Below, in pieces: positions 39,678 through 48,114 of a stretch of 64,000 bases of DNA (positions are counted from its first letter, which is position 1; every line of letters begins with the position of its first letter). The stretch spans positions 5,226 through 69,225 of the forward strand of contig CAZWQF010000003.1 of assembly GCA_964636285.1 (NCBI GenBank). The letters are read 5' to 3'. The notes beneath the pieces were generated by a model. It was given only the letters and a program-made list of their open reading frames with translations. It had not been told where the DNA came from and did not search any database. Origin of the DNA: an uncultured Candidatus Saccharibacteria bacterium (lineage in GTDB: Bacteria > Patescibacteriota > WWE3 > UBA101185 > 2-01-FULL-41-18). The position numbers and the translations under genes are program-made.

Positions 39678-40766
39678 ATGCCTAAGAACCTCTTTGTCAA
39701 TCATTTAATATGCTATAGAATCGGGAGAACCAGTGGAAATACACTTATGAATATTGGATTTACATACAATGTTAAAAGGAAAAAAGAGTCGCTTGATCCT
39801 AAGGAAGAGGATGACCTAGAGTTTGATTCTCCTTTTGTTATCAACACAATTGCCAATATAATCAAAGGCCTTGGGCATAATGTGACCAAGGTTGAGGCCA
39901 ATGAAAAAGCATTCTCAAAGCTTCTAAAACTTAAAGGTAAGATTGATCTTGTGTTTAACATTGCCGAAGGGCTAAAAGGGGATGCAAGAGAGTCTCAGAT
40001 CCCAATTTACTGTGAGCTTCTTGGAATCCCATACACACATTCAACACCAACCACCCATGCTGTTTCGCTCAATAAGGAGATGTGCAAGGCTTTGGTAAAA
40101 AGTTATGGAGTTAGAACCCCAAATTCTCAGCTTTTTGGAAGCGTGAAAGAGGAGCTAAGTCCCAAACTAATGTTCCCGTTAATAGTTAAACCGAATAAAG
40201 AAGGCTCAAGTAAAGGTGTTTTTGATAACAGCATTGTAAAAAACAAAGAGGAATTAAAAAGAGCAGTGAAAGTAGTAATAGAAGATTTTAAACAGGAAGC
40301 CCTTGTTGAAGAATTTATAGATGGAAGAGAATTTACAGTATCAATTCTTGGAAATGAAAATCCAACAATACTGCCAGTAGTTGAACAGAGATTTGATTCG
40401 CTTCCAAGTGGGATGAATAAAATTGCAGGCTTTGAACTAAAGTGGATTTATGAAGACTCGCTTAAAAATCTTGAGGATGCTTACTACTGCCCTCCAAAAA
40501 TCTCCAAGAAGGTTGAGGAGCAGATCACAGAGATGTCACTGAAGGTCTATAAATGCCTTGAGGTAAGAGAATGTGCAAGAATTGACTATAGACTTGATGA
40601 AAACGAAAATCTTTATTTTATAGAGATTAATACACTTCCTGGAATGAACCCAGATCCAAAAATTGTAAGCTACTTACCAACATCCGTTAGAAAAGCAGGC
40701 ATGACTTATCAAGACTTAATTAAAAAAATTTTAGATTTAGCAATTAAGCGATACAATTTGTCATAA
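39678..40766 (+). CDS. D-alanine--D-alanine ligase family ATP-grasp enzyme (copy 1); real start probably Met at ~39747
   Basis: LVFNIAEGLKGD...LGIPY, EEFIDGREFTVSILG, ARIDYRLDENENLYFIEINTLPGM. Confidence 0.75.
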   Translation: MPKNLFVNHLICYRIGRTSGNTLMNIGFTYNVKRKKESLDPKEEDDLEFDSPFVINTIANIIKGLGHNVTKVEANEKAFSKLLKLKGKIDLVFNIAEGLKGDARESQIPIYCELLGIPYTHSTPTTHAVSLNKEMCKALVKSYGVRTPNSQLFGSVKEELSPKLMFPLIVKPNKEGSSKGVFDNSIVKNKEELKRAVKVVIEDFKQEALVEEFIDGREFTVSILGNENPTILPVVEQRFDSLPSGMNKIAGFELKWIYEDSLKNLEDAYYCPPKISKKVEEQITEMSLKVYKCLEVRECARIDYRLDENENLYFIEINTLPGMNPDPKIVSYLPTSVRKAGMTYQDLIKKILDLAIKRYNLS

Positions 40767-40809
40767 AGATATTGAATATTATTTTTTATTCACTAAAATA
40801 TCATAAGCT

Positions 40810-41940
40810 ATGGCAAGTGTTTTACTAGATAAGTCACCAAGAGATAACGAACCTCCCAGCAAACAAATCCAGGATGAACTCCTGCATGAAGATTATTTTC
40901 CAAAATTCATTGGTGTTTTATATTCGGACGTAAAAAGAGAATATTTTCCTAGCGAAGAGCAGTACATCTCTGAGGTAGGTGTGATTGATGAAGCAAAAGT
41001 TATAGCAAGCTATCTTGAACGAATGGGCATTAGAGCAAAAATATATCCTGGCAACGGAGAGCTTTCAAGATCTCTTGAGCATGACAAACCAGATATGGTT
41101 TTTAATCTTGTGCAGTCAGTAAGAGGAAGAGAAGAATTAGAACCAACAATCCCTGCAATGCTTGAGCTGTTAGAGATTCCGTACACTGGAACAGGGATGC
41201 TTGGGCTTTCTATTACACACAATAAATATTTTACAAAAAAACTTTTGGAGCTTGTGGGGCTTCCAGTTCCAAGATACCAACTTTTTAATTCGCCAAATGA
41301 TGTTATAGACGGGCAATTAAAGTATCCTTTGATTTGTAAATTGAACGAGATTCATGGAAGCGTTGGAATTGATGCTAATTCGGTTGCCGAAGATGAAAAG
41401 CAATTAAGAACAAAAATACGAGAGCTCATGAACATTTATAAGCAACCAGTTGTTGTAGAGGAATTTATTGTAGGAAGAGAAATTACAGCGGTTATTCTTG
41501 AAGGAACGCACAGAAAAGTTTATGCGGCAGAAAAAAATCTTCCTGAAGTAGAGGGATCAAAATATAAGTTTGCAAGCTTTAACTATCAATGGGTTGATGA
41601 AAGACCTACTGAATATTTGAAACACGATGGGGGAGAGATGTTAAGAGATTATGTAAAGAATGCTTTTGATATTTTGAAGATGGATGATTATGCAAAATTT
41701 GATTTTAGACTTGATGAATCAGGTAGATATTATTTTATAGACTGTAACGCAAACCCTGCATTCGGGCCAAAGGAAGAGGGGATTGCGCTTGGAAACATCA
41801 CAGATATGTTTGGGATCAGCTTTGAGGAAGTTCTTAAGAGGATCATTGATAACACAATAAGAGATGGGAACGGAACAAACGGGAATGGGAACGGAAATGG
41901 TAATGGTAATGGGAGCAATAACGGCAACGGAGGGCATTAA
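40810..41940 (+). CDS. D-alanine--D-alanine ligase family ATP-grasp enzyme (copy 2) with a (Gly-Asn)n C-terminal tail
   Basis: MVFNLVQSVRG...LEIPY, EEFIVGREITAVILEG, AKFDFRLDESGRYYFIDCNANPAFG; tail GNGTNGNGNGNGNGNGSNNGNGGH. Confidence 0.7.
   Translation: MASVLLDKSPRDNEPPSKQIQDELLHEDYFPKFIGVLYSDVKREYFPSEEQYISEVGVIDEAKVIASYLERMGIRAKIYPGNGELSRSLEHDKPDMVFNLVQSVRGREELEPTIPAMLELLEIPYTGTGMLGLSITHNKYFTKKLLELVGLPVPRYQLFNSPNDVIDGQLKYPLICKLNEIHGSVGIDANSVAEDEKQLRTKIRELMNIYKQPVVVEEFIVGREITAVILEGTHRKVYAAEKNLPEVEGSKYKFASFNYQWVDERPTEYLKHDGGEMLRDYVKNAFDILKMDDYAKFDFRLDESGRYYFIDCNANPAFGPKEEGIALGNITDMFGISFEEVLKRIIDNTIRDGNGTNGNGNGNGNGNGSNNGNGGH
41866..41935 (+). repeat. imperfect hexanucleotide microsatellite (GGNAAY)n encoding the (GN)n tail
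   Basis: gggaacggaacaaacgggaatgggaacggaaatggtaatggtaatggg... Confidence 0.6.
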
Positions 41941-41979
41941 AGTTTGCTTTTGCAATGCTTTTAGTCTTATATTGAGTTT

Positions 41980-42429
41980 GTGCCTAATCTACTTCTGACC
42001 ATTAAATCAATGAGAATCTACACTGGCGAGCTACACCCAACAGCACTTTACATATATGACGAGTACATGGTGTATGTAAAAAGGGGAATTATTAAACGCA
42101 ATGAAGCTACTATTAGTTATAATCACGTCTCTCAAGTTTATTTCCGAAAGGGGTATATCGCTTCGAGTATTGAGGTTATCAACACGGGAGGGGTTGAAAA
42201 CATTATTATCCCATGGGTCAGCACGAGCGAAGCAGAGAAGGCAAAGAAGATAATTGACCAGAAGGTTTTCCATACCCATGCAAGAGTTAGTGGTAAAGAA
42301 AAATCCCTTGGAGTTGGAAGCCCTGACTTTGAGAGAAGGCTTGCAAGACTTAAGGAACTTGTGGCAAGAGGCCAAATGAGCAAGAAAGAGTTTGATAAAA
42401 GACGGGAAGAGATGTTAAAATCAGTTTGA
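41980..42429 (+). CDS. bacterial PH-like domain protein with a C-terminal SHOCT domain
   Basis: N-terminal YIYDEYMVYVKRG...ISYNHVSQVYFRKG (bPH-like); C-terminal RLARLKELVARGQMSKKEFDKRREEMLKSV (SHOCT-like). A hairpin CTTGAGC-AAA-GCTCAAG follows the stop. Confidence 0.5.
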   Translation: MPNLLLTIKSMRIYTGELHPTALYIYDEYMVYVKRGIIKRNEATISYNHVSQVYFRKGYIASSIEVINTGGVENIIIPWVSTSEAEKAKKIIDQKVFHTHARVSGKEKSLGVGSPDFERRLARLKELVARGQMSKKEFDKRREEMLKSV

Positions 42430-42461
42430 TCTTGAGCAAAGCTCAAGGAAGAATAAGGTAT

Positions 42462-42537
42462 GCGGGAGTAATTCAGTGGCTAGAATGTTTGCTTTCCAAG
42501 CAAAACGTCGTGGGTTCGAGTCCCATCTCCCGCTCCA
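42462..42537 (+). tRNA. tRNA-Gly (anticodon UCC), CCA encoded
   Basis: Manual cloverleaf: acceptor GCGGGAG/CTCCCGC, D-stem ATTC/GAAT, anticodon stem TTTGC/GCAAA with loop TTTCCAA, T-stem GTGGG/CCCAT, loop TTCGAGT. Confidence 0.85.
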
Positions 42538-42706
42538 TAAAGTATCCCGTCAGTTCAGCATGTAATGATGAATTGGCGGGATATTTTTATTGATGAGATT
42601 GGGACGAGAAAGCCGGACTGAGTGAACGAAGTGAGCGAGGGAGGCGGGGTCGCGCGCCGTAGATTTTCTTCGAGCAAAGCGAGGTAGAAAATCTAGGACA
42701 TGTGAC

Positions 42707-42727
42707 CGAGTCCCATCTCCCGCTCCA
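42707..42727 (+). repeat. exact 21-nt direct repeat of the tRNA-Gly 3' end (CGAGTCCCATCTCCCGCTCCA = 42517-42537); att-like
   Basis: Seen directly in the sequence. The intervening about 170 bp are GC-rich and contain the palindrome TAGATTTTCT...AGAAAATCTA. Confidence 0.6.
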
Positions 42728-42935
42728 GAAGTCTAAAGTTCCGATAGACTCGCCGCCCCGACCAGAAGGTTAAATTTCCATATGACCCGAGTGCCCTATC
42801 CTTATTTATCATAGTTTTTTGGCGAAAATATGTAGCCTGTATAACGGTTTCCAGACTCGTCGGACCCTAGGTGAAGTTCAAAGTTCCGACCACTTCAAGG
42901 AACTTGCTGTTGCCTGATATAAACACAAAACAAAA

Positions 42936-43622
42936 ATGTATAATGATTTTATGAACCTAGAGGAAAACAAAGCTAAAGTTACAAAAGCATTAAACAGTCT
43001 ACTTTCCAAAGACACAGACTTGCTTTGGCTGGGAGTGCACGAGCGCTCTGTAGCACATAAGTTTGCTGAATACTTACAAGATGAATATAAAGTGCATAAT
43101 GTTGATTGTGAATACAATCGAGACGGTCTAGAAACCAAAATATTAGAAACCTTAATTGAGGACACAAACGAGAAAGAGCCGCATAGGATATTTCCAGACA
43201 TTATCGTACATAGACGAGGTAATAATAACTTTAACCAATTGGTAATAGAAATAAAGACATCCAATGCAAGTTCAAAAGGAGATATAGAGAAACTAGAAAA
43301 GCTTACGCAAAGAAAACATGGATTTCATTATAAATATGGACTATTTCTAAGATTTGAATGTAATGATGATAAAAGTATTTCTACAAGTGAAGTTAGTTGG
43401 TATACAGAAGGAAAAGAAATTAATAACAGTCTGGAAACACTTACGGCGAACAAACTGGTAGAAATAATAACTAATGCACCGAATCAAAAAGTACCTCAAA
43501 CAGAAAATATAAATCTACTTCCAATTTGGGTAATCTATAAGAAACAGAAATTAGATATCAAAGTGATGTTTTTTCAAAAAACCATAAAATATCAAATGTC
43601 AGAACGAAGTGATAAAACCTGA
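42936..43622 (+). CDS. PD-(D/E)xK nuclease-fold protein (hypothetical)
   Basis: Motif order E (GVHERSVAHKF) ... D (RIFPDIIVH) ... ExK (QLVIEIKT) with typical spacing. Confidence 0.45.
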   Translation: MYNDFMNLEENKAKVTKALNSLLSKDTDLLWLGVHERSVAHKFAEYLQDEYKVHNVDCEYNRDGLETKILETLIEDTNEKEPHRIFPDIIVHRRGNNNFNQLVIEIKTSNASSKGDIEKLEKLTQRKHGFHYKYGLFLRFECNDDKSISTSEVSWYTEGKEINNSLETLTANKLVEIITNAPNQKVPQTENINLLPIWVIYKKQKLDIKVMFFQKTIKYQMSERSDKT

Positions 43623-43695
43623 TAAACTGAAGGTATAAGTGTTTCAAATAAAAGTAATTCTCTATTAAGTAAATAACAGGGCATTTTGTAATTTA

Positions 43696-44418
43696 CTAAT
43701 TTTTTTTGGAGTATCCAGTAGTCATGATTTCTGAAGCAATCCAGTATTGAGTAAGTTTGACTAATTTTCTCATGTCATCAATACCTAGTTTGTCCAATTT
43801 CTTCTCGTAGTGTGTTTCATCATTACCCACATCTTTAGCAAGACCTGCGGTTATTTTAATTCTAGGGTCATCAACTTTATTTGCAATTAGCCAGCCTAAC
43901 AACTTTGACTTAATCTCTTCAGCTTCATCCGGTTTTGTCGCGATCAAAAAATCCTTGATAAGAAACTCCAAAGCTTTTCGGTATCCTGCCCCACAAATTA
44001 AATCCAAACCACTTTGGTCCGCCAATTTAGCCTGATTGAATATTTTTATAAAATTTGGAGAAAGCTTTTCAATGTCAGAATCGAACGCTTCAGTTTTAAT
44101 GAAAGGCGAAATATACCCGTTTTTTAAAAATACATTTTCAGAGAATCTACCGTCTACACAACCTAAATTAGTATACACTGCGAAAAAAACTGATTGGCAA
44201 TCGACTTTTGGACATCGGAAAATCACCTGAATAAATTTGCCGTCTCTCCATGGATTATCTTCAATTTTTCCATAAGCAGATAAAGGTTTAACATCTACCC
44301 CGCTCTCACAAACAGGACACTGATCAGGGTATCTATCAACATTCACTTCTAATGTTTTATTGTTTATATCTAGATAACTAAGTCGAAGACTTTTTGTATT
44401 AATAACCATTAGAGTCAA
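43696..44418 (-). CDS. zinc-ribbon protein with a DUF4145-like C-terminal domain (hypothetical)
   Basis: CPVC ... CPKVDC pairs N-terminally. The C-terminal IKITAGLAKDVGNDETHYEKKLDKLGIDDMRKLVKLTQYWIASEI resembles the DUF4145 RxxGNxxAH core. Confidence 0.45.
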   Translation of the reverse strand: MTLMVINTKSLRLSYLDINNKTLEVNVDRYPDQCPVCESGVDVKPLSAYGKIEDNPWRDGKFIQVIFRCPKVDCQSVFFAVYTNLGCVDGRFSENVFLKNGYISPFIKTEAFDSDIEKLSPNFIKIFNQAKLADQSGLDLICGAGYRKALEFLIKDFLIATKPDEAEEIKSKLLGWLIANKVDDPRIKITAGLAKDVGNDETHYEKKLDKLGIDDMRKLVKLTQYWIASEIMTTGYSKKN

Positions 44419-44559
44419 TTTTAACGCTGCGAGAATTATATTTCCATAAGATTTGATTTCTCAAGAAAATTAGACTTACTAAAATTATAAAATTTCCAAA
44501 CGTAATACTTAAATGAGTACAAGTCGAATTATTTATTAAACACTAACAATGTTGGGTAT

Positions 44560-45096
44560 TTATACATTCATAAGATCATCAAGTTTTCTAACTGTATTCA
44601 CGTTCCTTGCAGTCATGTTTTTATAGACTAATGTTGCAATAAATTTATCCATTCCGCTTTTTGAGTAAAGGTTTCTATCAACATTCCAAACAATTGCACC
44701 AGGAACATATAGAAGCTTGTCACATTCGCTATTTGTTTTAATAAGATTCAACGAATCTTTTGAATCAAAGTCTTTCCAAAGGAAGAGAACATCAGTTTTT
44801 TGCTCCTCATTGTTTTCCCATTCGCTTGGAATGCTCTGCGCAATTTTGTGTAAAGATTCTTTTGAAACTACTACGCATGGAATATCAAACCCAAATTCGA
44901 TTTTAAGATTTGATTCAAGATAAGATGCAAGGTCCTTAGTAATCTGCTCAGCATTGAATAGAACGTTTCCGGAATTAATATAAGTAGATACATTTGTAAA
45001 TCCCATTGAAATGAAGACTTGTTTGAGCTTTTTCATTTCAACTTTTTTATTTCCGCCAACATTGATTCCCCTCAGTAAAGCAACATGTGTATTCAT
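44560..45096 (-). CDS. DUF1697 family protein
   Basis: N-terminal VALLRGINVGGNKKVEMKKLKQVF...SGNVLF matches the DUF1697 signature. Confidence 0.6.
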   Translation of the reverse strand: MNTHVALLRGINVGGNKKVEMKKLKQVFISMGFTNVSTYINSGNVLFNAEQITKDLASYLESNLKIEFGFDIPCVVVSKESLHKIAQSIPSEWENNEEQKTDVLFLWKDFDSKDSLNLIKTNSECDKLLYVPGAIVWNVDRNLYSKSGMDKFIATLVYKNMTARNVNTVRKLDDLMNV

Positions 45097-45172
45097 ATGT
45101 GAAATTATACAAGAACGAGCACATCTTTTATCTTATAGCCTAAAGCACCAGTAAGTTGCTAATATTAACTCT

Positions 45173-46234
45173 ATGAAAATAGGAATTGTAAATTCAGGTG
45201 GAGACTGTGCTGGCCTAAATGCAGTTATTGCCTCAGTAGTAAGAACTGCAAGTTTTAAAGATATTGAATGCGTTGGTTTTGAAAAAGGATGGGAGGGGGT
45301 ACTAGATAACCAAATTATCCCACTTTCAAGAAAGACAGTTAGCGGTATTAGCCACCTTGGAGGAACTGTACTTCATACAATCAATAAAGGGCGCTTTGCA
45401 GGAAAAAAGGGTTCAGGAAGTGTAAATCAAATCCCACAAGAGGTTATTGACGAAGCAGTTTCTAATATAAAAAATAATAAAGTTGATTGTTTGATTGTTA
45501 TTGGAGGAGACGGAACTTTAAGCGGTGCGCTTCAATTACAGGAGGCAGGAGTTCCAATTGTTGGTATTCCAAAGTCCATAGACAATGACTTATCTTCCAC
45601 AGATTCAACATTCGGTTTCAGCACAGCTGTTGATGTAGCAGTTGAAGCTATTGATAAAATTCATACTACTGCAACAAGTCATGGGAGAGTATTTTTTATT
45701 GAATGCATGGGAAGGCATGCAGGATGGATTAGTTTGTATGCAGGTCTTGCAGCAAATGCAAGCGGTATTCTACTTCCTGAGTTCCCAGTAAACTTAGACA
45801 CCTTGGTGGAATTTTTCTTAGAAAGACAAAAATCTCACGGATACTCAATAATTGTAGTTTCCGAAGGAGTGAGCCAGTTTCTATCCGATACCTCAGGCGC
45901 TGATACCCCCGAACTCAAACTTCACGGAGCAAGTGAAAATTTAATGGCGACATTAAAAAATAAAGCAGGAGATCAGTTTGAAATGAGGAACGTAGTACTT
46001 GGCCATCTACAAAGAGGAGGAAATCCAAACGCATACGACAGAATTCTTGCAAAGCGTTATGGAATAGCTGCAGTAGAGGCTGTAATGGACCAAAAGTTTG
46101 GCGAGATGGTCAGGCTTAGAGGCACCAGCATTGATACAGTATCTATTAAAGAAGCAGTTGGTAAATTGCATCTTGTTACAAAAGAGAATCATATCTATCA
46201 AACTGCAAAAAAACTTGGATTGTACATCAATTAA
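45173..46234 (+). CDS. pfkA: 6-phosphofructokinase
   Basis: GIVNSGGDCAGLNAVI, IVIGGDGTLSGA, GIPKSIDNDL, MGRHAGWI, LGHLQRGG. Confidence 0.85.
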   Translation: MKIGIVNSGGDCAGLNAVIASVVRTASFKDIECVGFEKGWEGVLDNQIIPLSRKTVSGISHLGGTVLHTINKGRFAGKKGSGSVNQIPQEVIDEAVSNIKNNKVDCLIVIGGDGTLSGALQLQEAGVPIVGIPKSIDNDLSSTDSTFGFSTAVDVAVEAIDKIHTTATSHGRVFFIECMGRHAGWISLYAGLAANASGILLPEFPVNLDTLVEFFLERQKSHGYSIIVVSEGVSQFLSDTSGADTPELKLHGASENLMATLKNKAGDQFEMRNVVLGHLQRGGNPNAYDRILAKRYGIAAVEAVMDQKFGEMVRLRGTSIDTVSIKEAVGKLHLVTKENHIYQTAKKLGLYIN

Positions 46235-46248
46235 TGTAGAATGATCTG

Positions 46249-46788
46249 ATGACAAACAATAAAACAGCAGTTAAATTTATTCTTTCGGATCTTAAAAATG
46301 CGCACAATTACTTTGAGCAAACTATGGATGGTGTAACTTCTGAAGTTGCACATTTTATGCCGAATGGGACTGCAAATCCTATTGCAGGCATATACGCTCA
46401 CTTAATTTTTTCGGAAGATTTTTTCCTACACTTCTTTTTAAAAAAAGATCAGCCGCTGTTTGAGACCACATGGAAGGATAAAACTGGCATTAGTAGCCTT
46501 CAACCAACCGAATGGGTGGAAGCATATCCAAAATGGCTAAAGGAAGTGAAAATTGAAATTCCAAAAGTCTACGATTACGCAAAAGCAGTTTTTGCAGAAT
46601 CTGAGAAGTATATTGAAAACCTCTCTGATAATGACCTTGAGCAAAAAATTGATATGAGTATGTTTGGAATGGGAGATAAAGAGCAAGGGGACATGATTCA
46701 CATGATGATAGTTGGGCATATTTGGAGCATCATGGGTGAGATTTCTGTGTTGAAGGGGATTCAAGGACTTAAAGGATATCCTTTCTAA
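46249..46788 (+). CDS. DinB/YfiT-like four-helix-bundle protein (hypothetical)
   Basis: Conserved His positions (HFMPNG ... YAHLIF ... HMMIVGHIW) in a DinB_2-like arrangement. Confidence 0.4.
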   Translation: MTNNKTAVKFILSDLKNAHNYFEQTMDGVTSEVAHFMPNGTANPIAGIYAHLIFSEDFFLHFFLKKDQPLFETTWKDKTGISSLQPTEWVEAYPKWLKEVKIEIPKVYDYAKAVFAESEKYIENLSDNDLEQKIDMSMFGMGDKEQGDMIHMMIVGHIWSIMGEISVLKGIQGLKGYPF

Positions 46789-47016
46789 ATCTGAATGCTA
46801 AATGAACTCATATCTTAAAAATTAGATGGGTCAAAAGTTGAAGATTCTGAAATTAAGGAAACATATGAGGATGGCCTATATTCAGCTGTAGAAACATACC
46901 ATGTAAGCAATGAATCTTTTGACTTTGATGTTGACTACGTTGTTCAAAGTACCGTAAGACTTCTTGATAAATACGAGGTAAGCCCTGAGTTTTGTGGCAG
47001 TGCCGAAAAAAATCTT

Positions 47017-47427
47017 GTGGCATTGGCCATAGCAAACGAGTGGTTGAAATCAGATTCATATAAAGAGAAGAAAGCCCTATTAGGAGTTCTTAAACTTATT
47101 GCAGTAGGTCATTCCGAAACTGGTCCCAGAACTCTAAGTGATAGAGTTATTGATTTATCCGATAAGGGCTATCAAATGGGAATAGACTATGACCCTCAAA
47201 CAAAGGTAACAACTGGCAATTCAGAATTTAAAATAAGATTGCTTGAATATATAAGAGACCAAATGGACACCGAAGCATCTAATAAATACTCAACCCACAT
47301 GTTAAGCTGGGGCGTGGAATCTCCTCTAGATCCGGTCAGAATTAAAATGGGTATAAAGCCAACAAACGAAAGAGATATAACATTTCATATCCTAAAAAAA
47401 CCACTCAGGAAATGGCTGAAGACCTAG
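47017..47427 (+). CDS. hypothetical protein (GTG start); possibly the N-terminal part of a frameshifted gene
   Basis: ORF whose end overlaps the next ORF by 16 nt in a different frame. Confidence 0.4.
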   Translation: MALAIANEWLKSDSYKEKKALLGVLKLIAVGHSETGPRTLSDRVIDLSDKGYQMGIDYDPQTKVTTGNSEFKIRLLEYIRDQMDTEASNKYSTHMLSWGVESPLDPVRIKMGIKPTNERDITFHILKKPLRKWLKT

Positions 47428-47879
47428 GAACTATAGGATTGTGCGGCAACTCGCCAGACGGTTCAAAATATATAATGCTTGGTAGTGACGCCGAAGAATT
47501 GCCTAACTTAGCACAACATGAATACGCCCACTCTCAAAGTGCAGGTTTGAACACGGGCTATATAGGTTATCTGTTCAGAGGCTTAAATGAGGCTGTAACT
47601 GAAAGTGTAACAACTTCTCCTATGAACTACACAGCCCAGAGACAAGTACTTGAGAGACTATATAGTTCAAACCCAAATCTGGAGCAGTTATGCCTGAGAG
47701 CTTACAGAGGCGATCCAAGCGCTAGGAAAAAATTCTTTTCTAGTATAGTTAATGAATATGGGCTTGGGGGATTTCTTGCATTAGCTAGACTTTCTCCAGG
47801 GGATAACGATAAACCCTTCGGAAATATTGGAGTAGCTGTTAAACATAGCCCTCAGAAGGTAATGGAGAGCATTTCATAA
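47412..47879 (+). CDS. hypothetical protein with an HExxH motif (AQHEYAHS); possibly the C-terminal part of a frameshifted gene
   Basis: Both frames are open across 47346-47427. An A7 run at 47394-47400 lies in the overlap. Confidence 0.4.
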   Translation: MAEDLGTIGLCGNSPDGSKYIMLGSDAEELPNLAQHEYAHSQSAGLNTGYIGYLFRGLNEAVTESVTTSPMNYTAQRQVLERLYSSNPNLEQLCLRAYRGDPSARKKFFSSIVNEYGLGGFLALARLSPGDNDKPFGNIGVAVKHSPQKVMESIS

Positions 47880-48011
47880 AATACTGGCTAAACCTAAAAT
47901 AATATTGTCATAATGTTTATTTGACCTATTAATCAGATCCTGATATTTTACTTTGCATAAATTAGCTTAGTGCTTAAGTTGTATGCTTTAAGCATAATTA
48001 AGCTTCCAAAC

Positions 48012-48084
48012 AGGGGAATAGCTCAGATGGCAGAGCGCGCGGTTTGGGACTGCGAGGCCAAGGGTTCAAGCCCCTTTTCCCCTA
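48012..48084 (+). tRNA. tRNA-Pro (anticodon UGG), no encoded CCA, A1:U72 acceptor pair
   Basis: Manual fold: acceptor AGGGGAA/TTCCCCT, D-stem GCTC/GAGC, anticodon stem CGCGG/CTGCG with loop TTTGGGA, T-stem AAGGG/CCCTT, loop TTCAAGC. Its GC content is high for this genome. Confidence 0.7.
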
Positions 48085-48114
48085 TTTAGTGGCAGACTTT
48101 CTGAGAGACTAGTT

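Noticed and set aside
41730-41955. Two overlapping minus-strand ORFs (PLPLPF..., 65 and 78 aa) at the 3' end of the second ATP-grasp gene
   Set aside because: They are the antisense of the (GN)n microsatellite and the end of the ATP-grasp gene.
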